A program made the translations under genes and the position numbers. 64,000 nucleotides of DNA from Pristiophorus japonicus (lineage: Eukaryota): the NCBI RefSeq assembly GCF_044704955.1, contig NC_091999.1:38192001-38256000 (forward strand). Reading direction: 5' to 3'. The notes under the pieces are model-generated. The model was not told the origin of the DNA and searched no databases. It saw only the letters and a list, made by a program, of their open reading frames with translations. Positions 21,715-34,660 of the stretch are shown piece after piece (position 1 is the first letter of the stretch; each line of letters opens with the position of its first letter).

Positions 21715-22830
21715 TAAGGTGCTGACATGGATTGAGATCTGGTTGTCAGACAGGAAGCAAAGAGTAGGGGTAAATGGGGACTTTTCAGAATGGCAGGCAG
21801 TGACTAGTGGGGTACCGCAAGGTTCTGTGCTGGGGTCCCAGCTGTTTACACTGTACATTAATGATTTAGACGAGGGGATTAAATGTCGTATCTCCAAATT
21901 TGCGGATGACACTAAGTTGGGTGGCAGTGTGAGCTGCGAGGAGGATGCTATGAGGCTGCAGAGCGACTTGGATAGGTTAGGTGAGTGGGCAAATGCATGG
22001 CAGATGAAGTATAATGTGGATAAATGTGAGGTTATCCACTTTGGTGGTAAAAACAGAGAGACAGACTATTATCTGAATAGTGACAGATTAGGAAAAGGGG
22101 AGGTGCAAAGAGACCTGAGTGTCATGGTACATCAGTCATTGAAGGTTGGCATGCAGGTACAGCAGGCGGTTAAGAAAGCAAATGGCATGTTGGCCTTTAT
22201 AGCGAGGGGATTTGAGTACAGGGGCAGGGAGGTGTTGCTACAATTGTACAGGGTCTTGGTGAGGCCACACCTGGAGCATTGTGTACAGTTTTGGTCTCCT
22301 AACCTGAGGAAGGACATTCTTGCTATAGAGGGAGTGCAGCAAAGGTTCACCAGACTGATTCCCGGGATGGAGGGACTGACCTATCAAGAAAGATTGGATC
22401 AACTGGGCTTGTATTCACTGGAGTTCAGAAGAATGATAGGGGACATCATAGAAACGTTTAAAATTCTGACGGGGTTAGACAGGTTAGATGCAGGAAGAAT
22501 GTTTCTAATGTTGGGGAAATCCATAACCAGGGGACACAGTCTAAGGATAAGGGGGAAGCCATTTAGGACCGAGATGAGGAGGAATTTCTTCACCCAGATA
22601 GTGGTGAACCAGTGGAATTCTCTACCACAGAAAGTTGTTGAGGCCAATTCACTAATTATATTCAAAAAGGAGTTGGACGAAGTCCTTACTACTAGGGGAA
22701 TCAAGGGGTATGGTGAGCAAGCAGGAATGGGGTACTGAAGTTGCATGTTCAGCCATGAACTCATTGAATGGCGGTGCAGGCTAGAAGGGCCGAATGGCCC
22801 ACTCCTGCACCTATTTTCTATGTTTCTATG
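21715..22830 (+). mobile_element. CR1 LINE 3' fragment inserted in the Gypsy integrase C-terminus
   Basis: Uninterrupted ORF2 frame within ORF 21608-22738 ([19 protein letters not shown]) and a TTTCTATG tail. The flanks rejoin as KWLAGT-VTDKEG. Confidence 0.95.
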
Positions 22831-25290
22831 TCCCTGCAAGCCATTTGGGACCCCGGCCATAGTTTAGCACAAACACTTTGTCCCCTATTTCATTCCACCT
22901 CCCCTTCGAATTTCGGTCATGGTACTCAGTTACCTTTTGCCGCATAGCCTCAATAATTTCATGCATGTCTGGGAGCTCTTTAAGGTTCGTTTCATCAATA
23001 GTTGCATGGGGGGAACCCCAGTCAACGAATGCGGACAAGATCTGTATGCCAGCAGCAGTTGTGACAGGCGGCTCTACAGCGTGGGAACTTGGATTATGAG
23101 CATGCCTTGTTTAATGATCTGCACTGCACGCTCTGCCTGGCCATTGGAGGCCGGCTTGAAAGGTGCCGTCGTGAAAGGTGCCGTCGTAACGTGATTTATA
23201 CCGTGGTCAACTATAAAATTGTGAAATTCTGCGCTAGTGAAGCACGAACCATTATCACTGACCAATATATCAGGAATGCCGTGCATTGCAAACATGGTTC
23301 TAAGGCTCTCCACAGTGGTGGAGGTGGTGCTCGATTTTAAAATGGTGCACTCGATCCATTTTGAAAATGTATCAACGACTGCAAGGAACATTTTGCCCAT
23401 GAATGGGCCTGTATACTCTACATGTACCCGCGACCACAGTTTGGTGGGCCAGGGGCTTAGGGGGGCCTTCCTGGGAGCATTACTAAGTTGGGCACAAATG
23501 GAGCACCGACGGATGCAGAGCTCCAAGTCCGCATCAATGCCAGGCCACCAGACATGAGATCTGGCTTTGGCCTTCATAAGGACGATCCCCGGGTGCTCGC
23601 GATGGAGCTCCTGGACAAACGCCTCCCTGCCTCATAAAGGCATAACTACTCGGCTGCTCCACATCAGGCAGTCTGCCTCTAGTGAGAGTTCATGCATGCG
23701 CCTACGGAAGTGTTTGACCACCTCGGGGCAGGCATCGTGAGCCTCTGCCCAGTCATCGGTTAAAATGCATCTTTTAACTAGAGATAACGTGGGGTCGCTG
23801 GTCATGCAGGCTCTGATTTGGCGAGCCGTAATGGGCGAACCTGTGGATTCAAAGGCATTGATTGACATGACCATCTCACAGTCCTGTTTGTCGTACCCTT
23901 CTGTGGTCGCCGGGGTAGCCTGCTAACCATGTCGGCACAGTTGTCTGTGCCTGGTCTGTGCCTTATCGTGTAGTCGTAAGCCACTGAATGCGCCCCGAGG
24001 TGTTGCCGTTGATCGCCTTGCACTCGGATAGTAGGGACGTGAGAGGTTTGTGGTCAGTTTCTAATGCAAACTTTGCCTCGGAAAGGTATTGGTGCATCTT
24101 TTTGACACCGTACATGTACGCGGGCGCCTCCTTCTCAACCATACCGTACGTGCGCTCCGCCCGCGAAAATGACCTGGAGGCATAAGCAGCGCGCTGCAAT
24201 TTACCCACATCATTGACATGCTGTAAAACGCACCCGATCACATATGCTGATGCATCACACGTAAGGACTAACTTTTTACATGTGTCAAAAAAGGCTAAAA
24301 CACTCTTGGAACATAGACAGTTGCGTGCCTTATTGAAGCGTCTTGGGCGTCTCCGCAAAACCAATTGCACCCCTTTCTGAGTTGCACATGGAGAGGCTCC
24401 AGCAGCGTGCTCAATTTCTGCATAAAGTTCCCAAAGTAATTGAGTAGCCCGAGAAAGGCACGCAGTTTCGAGACATTCCGGGGCCTGGGTGCCAGGCGAA
24501 TCGCTTCGGTTTTGGATTCGGTTGGGCAGATTCCATCAGCGGCAATCCTTCTGCCCAAAAATTCAACCTCAGGCGTGAAAAACAGACACTTGGATTTCTT
24601 AACTCTTAGGCCTACCCGATCCAATCGAGTTAGTACTTCCTCAAAATTGCGGAGGTGAGGGTAGGTGTCCCTGGTCGTGATGAGTATGTAATCTTGAAAC
24701 ACAACCATCCCCGGGATGGACTTGAGCAGACTTTCCATGTTGCACTGGAATATAGCAGCTGCCGACCTGATGTCGAAGGAGCATCGATTGCACACAAAAA
24801 GGCCTCGATGTGTGTTGATGGTGGTGAGTAGCTTAGACTCTTCCGTCAGTTCTTGCGTCATATAAGCAGATGTGAGGTCAAGTTTCGAAAAAAGTTTTCC
24901 TCCAGCCAACGTGGCAAATAGGTCCTCGGCTCTGGGCAGCGGGTATTGGTCCTGTAGGGAGACTCTGTTTATGGCAGACTTGTAATCCCCACAGATTCGC
25001 ACGGATCCATCAGGCTTCATGATGGGGATGATGGGGCTTGCCCAGTCACTGAATTCCACGGGAGAAATTATGCCTTCCCGCAGAAGCCGGTCCAGTTCTT
25101 TTTCAATCTTTTCCCTCATCACATAAGGCACAGCTCTAGCCTTGTGATGGACCGGTCTGGCATTCTGTGTGATGTAGAATCTAACTTTAGCCCCTTTGAA
25201 GGTGCCCACACCTGGCTGAAAGAGATGTTCAAAACGGCTTAGAACTGTTGAGCAGGAGGTCCATTCCTCTGACGACATGGCGTGAACATC
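22831..25290 (-). pseudogene. Gypsy pol remnants (RT, RNase H, integrase), frameshifted
   Basis: WASPIIPIMKPDGSVRICGDYK, FQDY in place of the catalytic xxDD, LTCDASAY, ETDHKPL, ARSHVWWPGID..C..C, VSDNG and SNGQAER. Confidence 0.92.
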
Positions 25291-25299
25291 ATCCCATTT

Positions 25300-26630
25300 T
25301 CAATTAAGTTCTGCTAGCCAACTTCTCCCCAACAGGTCTGGGAGATCCCCGGGGACAATCCACAGGGAAAGTTGGTGCACCATCCCTTTGTGTGTGACTG
25401 AGAGCCTGGCGCTGCCAAGGACTGGGACGATTTCTTTAGTATAGGTCCTTAGTTTGGTGTCGATCTTTGTGAGTTTTGGTCTGTTACTTTTGTGCAGCCA
25501 CAGCTGTTCAAATTGTTGAACGCTTATGAGGGATTGACTGGCCCCCGTGTCCAGTTCCATGTTGATGGGTATCCCGTTGAGTAGAACCCTCATCATAATT
25601 GGAGGCGTCTTGGTGTAAGAACAGTGGACGTTGATCATGTTAACCCCCCGTACCTCGGCGTCCCGTGCACTGTTCCAACCGTTTTCTGGTCCGCTTTCCG
25701 ACCTTTCCGATTCGTATACAAGCCGAGCTGCTGTTTTTCTGCACATGCGAGACAGATGCCCTGTGTAGTTGCAGTTTCTGCAAACGGCATGCTGAAATCG
25801 ACACCCCCTGGTTGAGTGCCTGCCCCCACATCTCCAACACAGACCGTTTCCATTGTTTCTGAAGGATGAGCTGCATCTGGCTGATCTCCCTTGAGCTTCT
25901 CTCAATCTGTTGTTGATTGCTCGCATTGTGGGTTGATGAGGTGTGATTGGCCGTTCATGTGGCCCTTGATTTTGATGGCTTCTGGCGCCACTGTCTGCTG
26001 TTGAAAGCCTGCTCTCCTGCCTTTGTCTGTATGTGGGGGTAGCGATTTGTTTCACAATTTGAACCCCTTGTTCTGATGCCTCATTGGTTGTCGTACCTGA
26101 ATTATAGATCAGCCTCCTTTCTTCTTCGCCTGCCAAGAACGTCTGTGCGACCAGTGCTGCTGCCTCTAGAGTCAAGTTATTAGTCTCTATAAACTTTTGG
26201 AATATGCCTGCGTGGCCTATTCCTTCAATAAATAAGTCTCTCAGTACTTCTCTCCTTAGTTTATCGGGGAACTCACATGAATTAGCCAGCCTCTGAAGTT
26301 CCGCCACAAAGTCGGGTATTCTTTGGCGCACACAGCGTCTGTATTTGTAGAACCTATGTCTGGCCATGTGTAGGCTGCTCGCTGGCTTCAGATGGTCTCT
26401 CACCAGTGTGCTCAACTCCTCAAACGACTTGCTTGCCGGTTTCTCGGGTGCAGGTCTTTTATTAAAGCGCATGTTTTCGAGCCACAGCTGGTCAAGAGAT
26501 GGGCTCTTCTCTTGTATGCCTTATCGTCGCCCAACCAGTCTTTGGTCACAAAGCTTTGCTGGAGCCTTTCTATAAAGTCATCCCAATTGTCTCCAGCATT
26601 GTATTTCTCATTTGAGCTGTTGGTAGCCAT
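25300..26630 (-). pseudogene. Gypsy gag-protease remnants
   Basis: ORFs 26412-26630 and 25300-26472, with two zinc-knuckle-like motifs and the LDTGAS protease site. One frameshift near 26450. Confidence 0.9.
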
Positions 26631-26665
26631 TCTGTGGATTCTGTGATCCTGTAACTCATCGCCAC

Positions 26666-26932
26666 TGTTAAGTCCTGACTCTAATGTACTGACTTACACG
26701 AGACACAGGCTGAAGTCAAGGTCACTCAGGACCTGCACCTTTAATTCCAGCTCTCCAGTGCTGCACTTGCCTGAGACCTCCCTTTATATACCACAGTGGG
26801 ACAGGTATGGAGTGTCTCCTGCAAGTGCACTCCTGGTTGTAAGGTATGCTTTTTGTTACCGGTCATATCCAATTACTGTCATGTATAGCATGGTAAGATA
26901 CAGCTATATACAGTAATGTGAGATACATGACA
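26666..26932 (-). repeat. 5' LTR of the Gypsy element (PBS at ~26655-26664)
   Basis: Direct repeat of 21101-21366, with TATA-like and ATTAAA motifs on the minus strand. Confidence 0.95.
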
Positions 26933-28975
26933 CTAACCAAGTATTTTTCATGCTCTGTCTTAACATTCCTAATATCCTTTTTAATTTTACCTCTTAATTT
27001 TCTATATTCCGCCAAAGATTCGACAGTATTTAGCCATTGGTGTATGACATAAGCTTCCCGTTTTTTCTTTACCCTCGCCTGTAAGTCCCTAGACATCCAG
27101 CGGGTTCTAGAATTGTTATTCCACCCTTTTTCTTTAAAGTCACATGTTTGGCCTGAGTCTTCCAGACCTCCTCCTTGAATGTTTCCAACTGTTCCGACAC
27201 TGATTTACCTACAAGTAGCAGTTTCCAGTCCACTGTGGCCAAATCACTCCTCAACTTAGCTTTTCCCCAATTTGGGACATTTATTCGAGGCCTATCCTTG
27301 TCCTTATCCATAACTAACTTGAATCTGACTGAATTATGGTCACTGGCACCCAAGTGCTCTCCCACGAATACACCTTCAACCTGCCCAGCTTCATTCCCCA
27401 AAACTAAATCCAAAACCGCCCCCTCTCGTGTTGGGCTTGTTACATACTGACTAAAAACGTTCTCTTGAATGCAGTTGAAGAATTCCGTACCCTCTATACC
27501 CTTCGCACTATATTTGTCCCAATTAATATTAGGATAGTTAAAATCCCCTACTATTAGTGCCCTAAGGTTTTTGGACTTCACAGCAATTTGCCGATATATT
27601 TGTTCCTCTATCTCCCTCTATCTCCCTCCCACTGTTTGAGGGTCTATAATACACGGCCAGCAGTGTGATCACCCATTTTTTATTTTTAAATTCGATCCAT
27701 GTGGCCTCATTTGATGATCTCTCTTAACTATCCCTCCTCACCGCTGTAATAAATTCTTTAATCGATACCGCGAAATTCTTTTTACCCCCCTCTCTCTCTT
27801 GTCTAAAAATCCTGTAACCAGGAGTATTGATCTGCCAAATCTGCCCCTCTTTCAGCCATGCCTCTGTAATGGCTATAATATAATCCTCCCAAGTATCTAC
27901 CTGTACTCTTTGCTCATCTGCCTTACTCGCTATACTCCTTGCATTAAAGTATATACCATTTAGCACAGGAACCCCTCCTTGATTGCTACTTACTAACCCT
28001 TGTTTCCTCTGTTTTACAGATTCGATTTCTAAATTCTTGCTATCCAATTTCTGCTTTACTTCCTTCCCTATTGAATGTTTTCTCAGGTTCCAATCCCCCT
28101 GCCAAGCTAGTTTAAACTCTCCCCAACAGCACTAGCAAAGCTCCCTGCGAGGATATTGGTCCCGGCACTGTTGAGGTGCAACCCGTCCTGTTTGTACAGG
28201 TCCCATCTCCCCCAGAAAAGGTCCCAATCCCTCAGTAATTTAAAGCCCTCCCTCCGACACCAATCCTTCAGCCACGCGTTCATTCTCTCGCTCCTTCTAT
28301 TCTTGTGCTCATTAGCACGTGGCACTGGTAGTAATCCAGAGATTACTACCTTTGAGGTCCTACTCATTAATTTTCTTCCTAGCTCCCCAAATTCTGCCTG
28401 TAGGACCTCATCCCTGTTTCTACTTATGGTGCTGGTGCTGATATGGACCATGACCTCTAGCTGTTTACCCTCTTTCCCTCCCCCAGAATTCCCTGCGTCT
28501 GCTCTGTCACATCCCTGACCCTGGCACCACGGAGGCACCATACCATTCTGGAGTCACGTCTGCGGCCACAGAAACGCCTCTCTGCTCCCCTAACTATAGA
28601 ATCTCCAATCACGACAGCTCTTTTATTCTTCGTGTTTCTCCCCTGTGCAGCTGAGCCACCCATGGTGCCTTGGAATTGGCTCGAGCTGCACACCCCAGAG
28701 GCACCATTGCCCTCACCGATGCTCAGAAGTGAATATCGGTTTGAAAGAGAGGTGGACTCACGGGGGCACTCCTGCACTACCTGCCAAGCGTTCTTACTCT
28801 GTCTGGTGGTCACCCACTTCCCCGCTGCCTGCACGCTTTTAATCTGTGGGGTGACCATCTCCTAAAAGGTGCTATCCACGGAGCTCTCAGCCTCGCGGAT
28901 GCACCGTATTGAGTCCAGCCGCCGCTCATGCTCCGAAACATGGAGCTCGAGTAGTTGAAGCTGGAGACTCCTCCT
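26933..28975 (-). mobile_element. CR1 LINE 5' part: ORF1 (SGNH esterase-like) and ORF2 APE endonuclease remnants
   Basis: VIGDSIVRG, DGLHLN, NARSI, AITEAWL, GDFNYPNINW and SDHN motifs. Confidence 0.88.
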
Positions 28976-28976
28976 A

Positions 28977-29248
28977 CACAGTCACTGACACCAATTTCAT
29001 CCTGTCTGATAATAAAACCACCCCACAGTAACTGACACCAATCCCCTGCTGTCTGATATGAACCCACCCCACAGTTACTGACACCAATCCCCTCCTGTCT
29101 GATATAAACCCACCACACAGTCACTGACACCAATCCCCTCCTGTCTGAAATAAACCAAATCCACAGTCACTGACACCAATCCCCTCCTGTCTGAAATAAA
29201 CCCACCCCACAGTAACTGACACCAATCCCCTCCTGTCTGATATAAACC
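28977..29248. repeat. 46-bp minisatellite, 6 copies (cacagtcactgacaccaatcccctcctgtctgatataaacccaccc)
   Basis: Unit starts at 28977, 29024, 29070, 29116, 29162 and 29208. Confidence 0.92.
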
Positions 29249-29440
29249 ATCATCATCAAAGGCAGTCCCTTGGAGTCGAGGATGACTTGCTTCCACATTA
29301 CAAATGAGGTCTCAGATGTCTGTTAAGTCCAATGCGGGAGCTACAGTCTCTGTCGCAGGTTGGACAGACGGTGGTTGAAAGTACGTTGGTTGAAGTGCCG
29401 GTTTGTTGAAGTGCTTGGGTTGTCGTGTGCTCCTTCCGCT
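29248..29440 (-). mobile_element. RTE-clade LINE 3' tail fragment
   Basis: Homologous to 2393-2570 (catcatca..aggcagtccct...cttccac). Confidence 0.7.
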
Positions 29441-31895
29441 GGGACCAATGACACAGGTTGAAAGAGGGGTGAGGTCCTGCAGGCAGAGTTTACAGAGCCA
29501 GGGGAGAGATTAAAAAGCAGGACCTCAAAGCTAGTAATCTCTGGATTACTCCCGATGTCACGAGCGAGTGAGTACAGAAATGGCAGGATAGAGCAGATGA
29601 ATACGTGGCTGGAGAGATGGTGCAGGCGGGAGGGCGTTAGTTTCCTGAGGCATTGGGACAGCTTCTGGGGGAGGTGGGACCGGTACAAGCTGGACGGGTT
29701 GCATCTCAACAGAGCCGGGACCAATATCCTTGCGGGGGCAGGGGTTGCTAGTGCTGTTGGGGAGAGTTTAAACTAGCCTGCCAGGGGGATGGGAACCTGA
29801 GAATAGATTCAGTAGGGAGGGGAGTAAAGCTGGAATTAGAAAGCAAAATTAAAGAAAGTGAGTTTGAAGGAGAGAGGAAACAAGTGGGGAAAAAAGGGGG
29901 AAAAAACAATCTTAAAGGCACTTTGTCTAAATGCACGGAGCATTTGCAACAAAATAGATGGGTTGACGGCACAAATAAATACAAATGGGTATGATCTAAT
30001 ATCTATTACAGAGACATGGTTGCAAGGTGACCAGGTCTGGGAATTAAATATTCAGGGGTACTTGACAATCCAGAAGGACAGACAGAAAGGAAAAGGAGGT
30101 GGGGCAGCTCTATTGATAAAGGATGGAATAATGAGAAACAATATTGGCTCAAATGATAAGGATGTTGAAACAGTTTGGGTGGAGATAAGGAATAATAATG
30201 GGAAAAAGTCACTGGTGGGCGTAGTCTATAGGTCGCTTAACAGTAGCAACTGTGTTGGTTGGAGTATAAACCAGGAAATAGTGGGGGCTTGTAAAAAGGG
30301 AACAGCAATAAGCATGGGTGATTTTAACTTCCATATTGATTGGACAAATCAAATTGGTCAGGGTAGCCTTGAGGAAGAGTTCATAGAGTGCATAAGAGAT
30401 GGGTTATTTCAGCAGTGTGTAATGGAACCAACCAGGGGGCAGACTATCTTAGATCTGGTCCTGTTTAATGAGACAGGATTAATAAACAATCTCCTCGTAA
30501 AGGATCCCTTGGAATGAGTGATCAGAGCATGATCTGAATTTCAAATTCAGATGGTGTGTGAGAAAGTTGGATCTATAACCAGCGTACTAATCTTAAATAA
30601 AGGAGACTATGTAGGTATGAGGGCAGAGTTGGCTAAAGTGGGCTGGGAAAATAGATTAAAGTGTCGGATGTTTGATGAACAGTGGCGTACATTTAAGGAG
30701 ATATTGCACAACTCTCAAGAAAAATACATTCCAGTGAGGAGAAAAAGGTGTAAAAGAAAAGATATCCATCCGCGGCTAACTAAAGAAATAAAGGACGGTA
30801 TCCAATTAAAAGGGCATACAAAGTGGCCAAAACTAGTGGGAGGACAGAAGATTGGGAACCTTTTAAAAGCCAGCAAAGAATGTATAACAAATTTAAGAAA
30901 GGGAAGATAGACTATGAAAGTAAACTAGCACGAAATATAAAAACAGATAGCAAGAGTTTAGAAAGGTACATAAAAAGGAAAAGAGTGGCTAAAGTAAATG
31001 TTGGTCCCTTGGAGGACGAGACCGTGTAATTAGTAATGGGGAACATGGAGATGGCAGAAACTCTGAACAGATATTTTGTATCGGTCTTTACGGTAGAGGA
31101 CACAAACAATATTCCAACAGCGGATAGTCAAGGGGCTATAGCGGGGGAGGAACTTAACACAATCACAATCACTAAGAAGGTGGTGTTCATTATGATAATG
31201 GGACTAAAGGCGGATAAATCCCCTGACCTGATGGCTTGCATCCTAGGGTCTTAAGAGAAGTAATGGTAGGGATAGTGGATGCATTGGTTGTAATTTACCA
31301 ACATTCCCTGGATTCTGGGGAGGTCGCAGCAGATTGGAAAACTGCAAATGTAACCCTTCTATTCAAAAAAGGAGGCAGACAAAAAGCCGGAAACTATAGA
31401 CCAGTTAGCCTAACATTTCTGTTTGGGAAAATGTTGGAGTCTATCATTAAAGAAGTAGTCGCAGGACATTTGGAAAAGCACAATTCAGTCAGGCAGTCAC
31501 CATGGATTTATGAAGGGGAAGTCATGTTTGACAAATTTGTTGGAATTCTTGGAGGATGTAACAAACAGGGTGGATAAAGGGGAACCAGTGGATGTGATGT
31601 ATTTGGTCTTCCAGAAGGCATTTGACAAGATGCCACATAAAAGGTTACGCACAAGATAAAGTATCACGGGGTTGGGGGTAATATATTAGCATGGATAGAG
31701 GATTGGCTAACTAACAGAAAACAGAGTCAGGATAAATAGTTCATTCTCTGGTTGGCAATCTGTAACTAGTGGGGTGTCGCAGGGATCAGTGCTGGGACCC
31801 CTACTATTTACAATCTATTTTAACGATGTGGAAGCAAGGATCGAGTGTAACATGGCCACATTTGCTGACGATACAAAGATGGGAGGAAAAGCAAT
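29441..31895 (+). mobile_element. CR1 LINE (ORF1 end, endonuclease, RT), 5' piece of a split element
   Basis: LDGLHLN, CLNARSI, ITETWL, MGDFN and NYRPVSLT. Ends at [11 protein letters not shown]. Confidence 0.9.
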
Positions 31896-34660
31896 ATAGA
31901 AACATAGAAACATAGAAACATAGAAAATAGATGGAGGAGTAGGCAATTCGGCCCTTCTAGACTGCACCCCATGCAATGAGTTCATGCCTGAACATGCAAC
32001 TTCAGTACCCCATTCCTGCTTTCTGAATATACCCCTTGATTCCCCTAGTAGTAAGGACTTCATCTAACTCCTTTTTGAATATATTTAGTGAATTGGCCTC
32101 AACAACTTTCTGTGGTAGAGAATTCCACAGGTTCACCACTCTCTGGGTGAAGAAATTCCACCTCATCTCGGTCCTAAATGGCTTCCCCCTTATCCTGAGA
32201 CTGTGTCCCCTGGTTCTGGACTTCCCCAACATTGGGAACATTCTTCCTGCATCTAACCTGTCTAACCCCGTCAGAATTTTAAACATTTCTATGAAGTCCC
32301 TTTCATTCTTCTGAACTCCAGTGAATACAAGCCCAGTTGATCCAATCTTTCTTGATAGGTCAGTCCCGCCATTCCGGGAATCAGTCTGGTGAACCTTCGC
32401 TGCACTCCCTCAATAGCAAGAATGTCCTTCCTGAGGTTAGGAGACCAAAACTGTACACAATACTCCAGGTGTGGGCTCATCAAGGCCCTGTACAATTGTA
32501 GCAACACCTCCCTGCCCCTGTACTCAAATCCCCTCGCTATGAAGGCCAACGTATCATTAGCTTTCTTAACCGCCTGCTGTAACTGCATGCCAACCTTCAA
32601 TGCCTGATGTACCATGACACCCAGGTCTCTTTGCACCTCCCCTTTTCCTAATCTGTCACCATTCAGGTAATAGTCTGTCTCTCTGTTTTTACCACCAAAG
32701 TGGATAACCTCACATTTATCCACATTATACTTCATCTGCCATGCATTTGCCCAGGCACCTAACCTATCCAAGTCGCTCTGCAGCCTCATAGCATCCTCCT
32801 CGCAGCTCACACTGCCACCCAACTTAGTGTCATCCGCAAATTTTGAGATACTACATTTAATCCCCTCAACTAAATCATTAATGTACAGTGTAAACAGCTG
32901 GGGCCCCAGCACAGAACCTTGCGGAACCCCATTAGTCAGTGCCTGCCTTTCTGAAAAGTGCCCATTTACTCCTACTCTTTGCTTCCTGTCTGACATCCAG
33001 TTCTAAATCAATGTCAGCACACTACACCCAATCCCATGTGCTTTAACTTTGCACATTAATCTCTTGTGTGGGACCTTGTCGAAAGCCTTCTGAAAGTCCA
33101 AATATACCACATCAACTGGTTCTCCCTTGTCCACACCACTGGAAACATCCTCAAAAAATTCCAGATGATTTGCCAAGCATGATTTCCCTTTCACAAATCC
33201 ATGCTGACTTGGACCTATCATATTACCTCTTTCCAAATGCACTGCTATGATATCCTTAATAATTGATTCCATCATTTTACCCACTACCGATGTCAGGCTG
33301 ACCGGTCTATAATTCCCTGTTTTCTCTCTCCCTCCTTTTTTAAAAAGTGGGGTTACATTGGATACCCTCCACTCCATAGGAACTGATCCAGAGTCAATGG
33401 AATGTTGGAAAATGACTGTCAATGCCTCCGCTATTTCCAAGGCCACCTCCTTAAGTACTCTGGAATGCAGTCCATCAGGCCCTGGGGATTTATCGGCCTT
33501 CAATCCCATCAATTTTCCCAACACAATTTCCCGACTAATAAGGATTTCCCTCAGTTCCTCATCCTTACAAGACCCTCCGAACGCTTTTATATCCGGAAGG
33601 TTGTTTGTGTCCTCCTCAGTGAATACCGAACCAAAGTACTTGTTCAATTGGCCTGCCATTTCTTTGTTCCCCGTTATGTCTTCCCCTGATTCTGACTGCA
33701 GGGGACCTACATTTGTCTTTACTAACCTTTTTCTCTTTACATATCTATAGAAACTTTTGCAATCCGTTTAATGTTCCCTGCAAGCTTCTTCTCGTATTCC
33801 ATTTTCCCTGCCCTAATCAAACCCTTTGTCCTCCTCTGCTGAGTTCTAAATTTCTCCCAGTCCCCGGGTTCGCTGCTATTTCTGGACAATTTGTAAGCCA
33901 CTTCCTTGGCTTTAATGCTATCCCTGATTTCGCTTGATAGCCACGGTTGAGACACCTTCCCTTTTTAATTTTTACGCCAGACAGGAATGTACAATTATTG
34001 TAGTTCATCCATGTGGTCTCTAAATGTCTGCCATTGCCCATCCACAGTCAACCCCTTTAGTATCATTCGTCAATCTATCCTAGCCAATTCACTCCTCATA
34101 CCTTCAAAATTACCCTTCTTTAAGTTCTGGACCAAGGTCTCTGAATTAACTGTTTCATTCTCCATCCTAATGCAGAATTGCACCATATTATGGTCACTCT
34201 TCCCCAAGGGGCCTCGCACAACGAGATTGCTAATTAATCCTCTCTCATTACACAACACCCAGTCTAAGATGGCCTCCCCGCTAGTTGGTTCCTCGACATT
34301 ATAGTCTAAAAAACCATCCCTTATGCACTCCAGGAAATCCTCCTCCACCGTATTGCTTCCAGTTTGGTTAACCCAATCGATGTGCTAATTAAAGTCACCC
34401 ATTATAACTGCTGCACCTTTATTGCACGCACCCCTAATTTCATGTTTGATGCCCTCCCCATCATCACTACTACTGTTTGGAGGTCTGTACACAACTCGCA
34501 CTAACGTTTTTTGCCCTTTGGTATTCTGCAGCTCTACCCATATAGATTCCACATCATCCAAGCTGATGTCCTTCCGAACTATTGCCTTAATTTGCTCCGT
34601 AACCAGCAATGCTACTCCGCCTCCTTTTCCTTTTATTCTATTTTCCTGAATGTTGAATAC
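31896..34660 (-). mobile_element. CR1 LINE, 2.8-kb 5'-truncated young copy nested in another CR1
   Basis: (TAGAAACA)n tail at 31897-31928. Long ORF2 pieces at 32002-32286, 32289-32996, 33003-33659, 34070-34348 and 34385-34690. Confidence 0.94.

Larger units (their letters stand above)
21101..26932 (-). mobile_element. Full-length but defective Ty3/Gypsy (Mag-like) LTR retrotransposon
   Basis: Two ~266-bp TG..CA LTRs, a 5-bp TSD CTAAC (21096-21100, 26933-26937), PBS TGGCGATGAG, a PPT, and gag-PR-RT-RH-IN order. Confidence 0.96.

Noticed and set aside
21493-22860. ORFs 21493-21912, 21608-22738 and 22399-22860 as novel fusion genes
   Set aside because: They are read-throughs across the CR1/Gypsy junctions, with no promoter or splice evidence.
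28977-29248. 46-bp repeat as an array of recombination signal sequences (CACAGT. ... ATATAAACC)
   Set aside because: The spacer is 25 nt rather than 12 or 23, the heptamer is imperfect and there are no coding segments between units.
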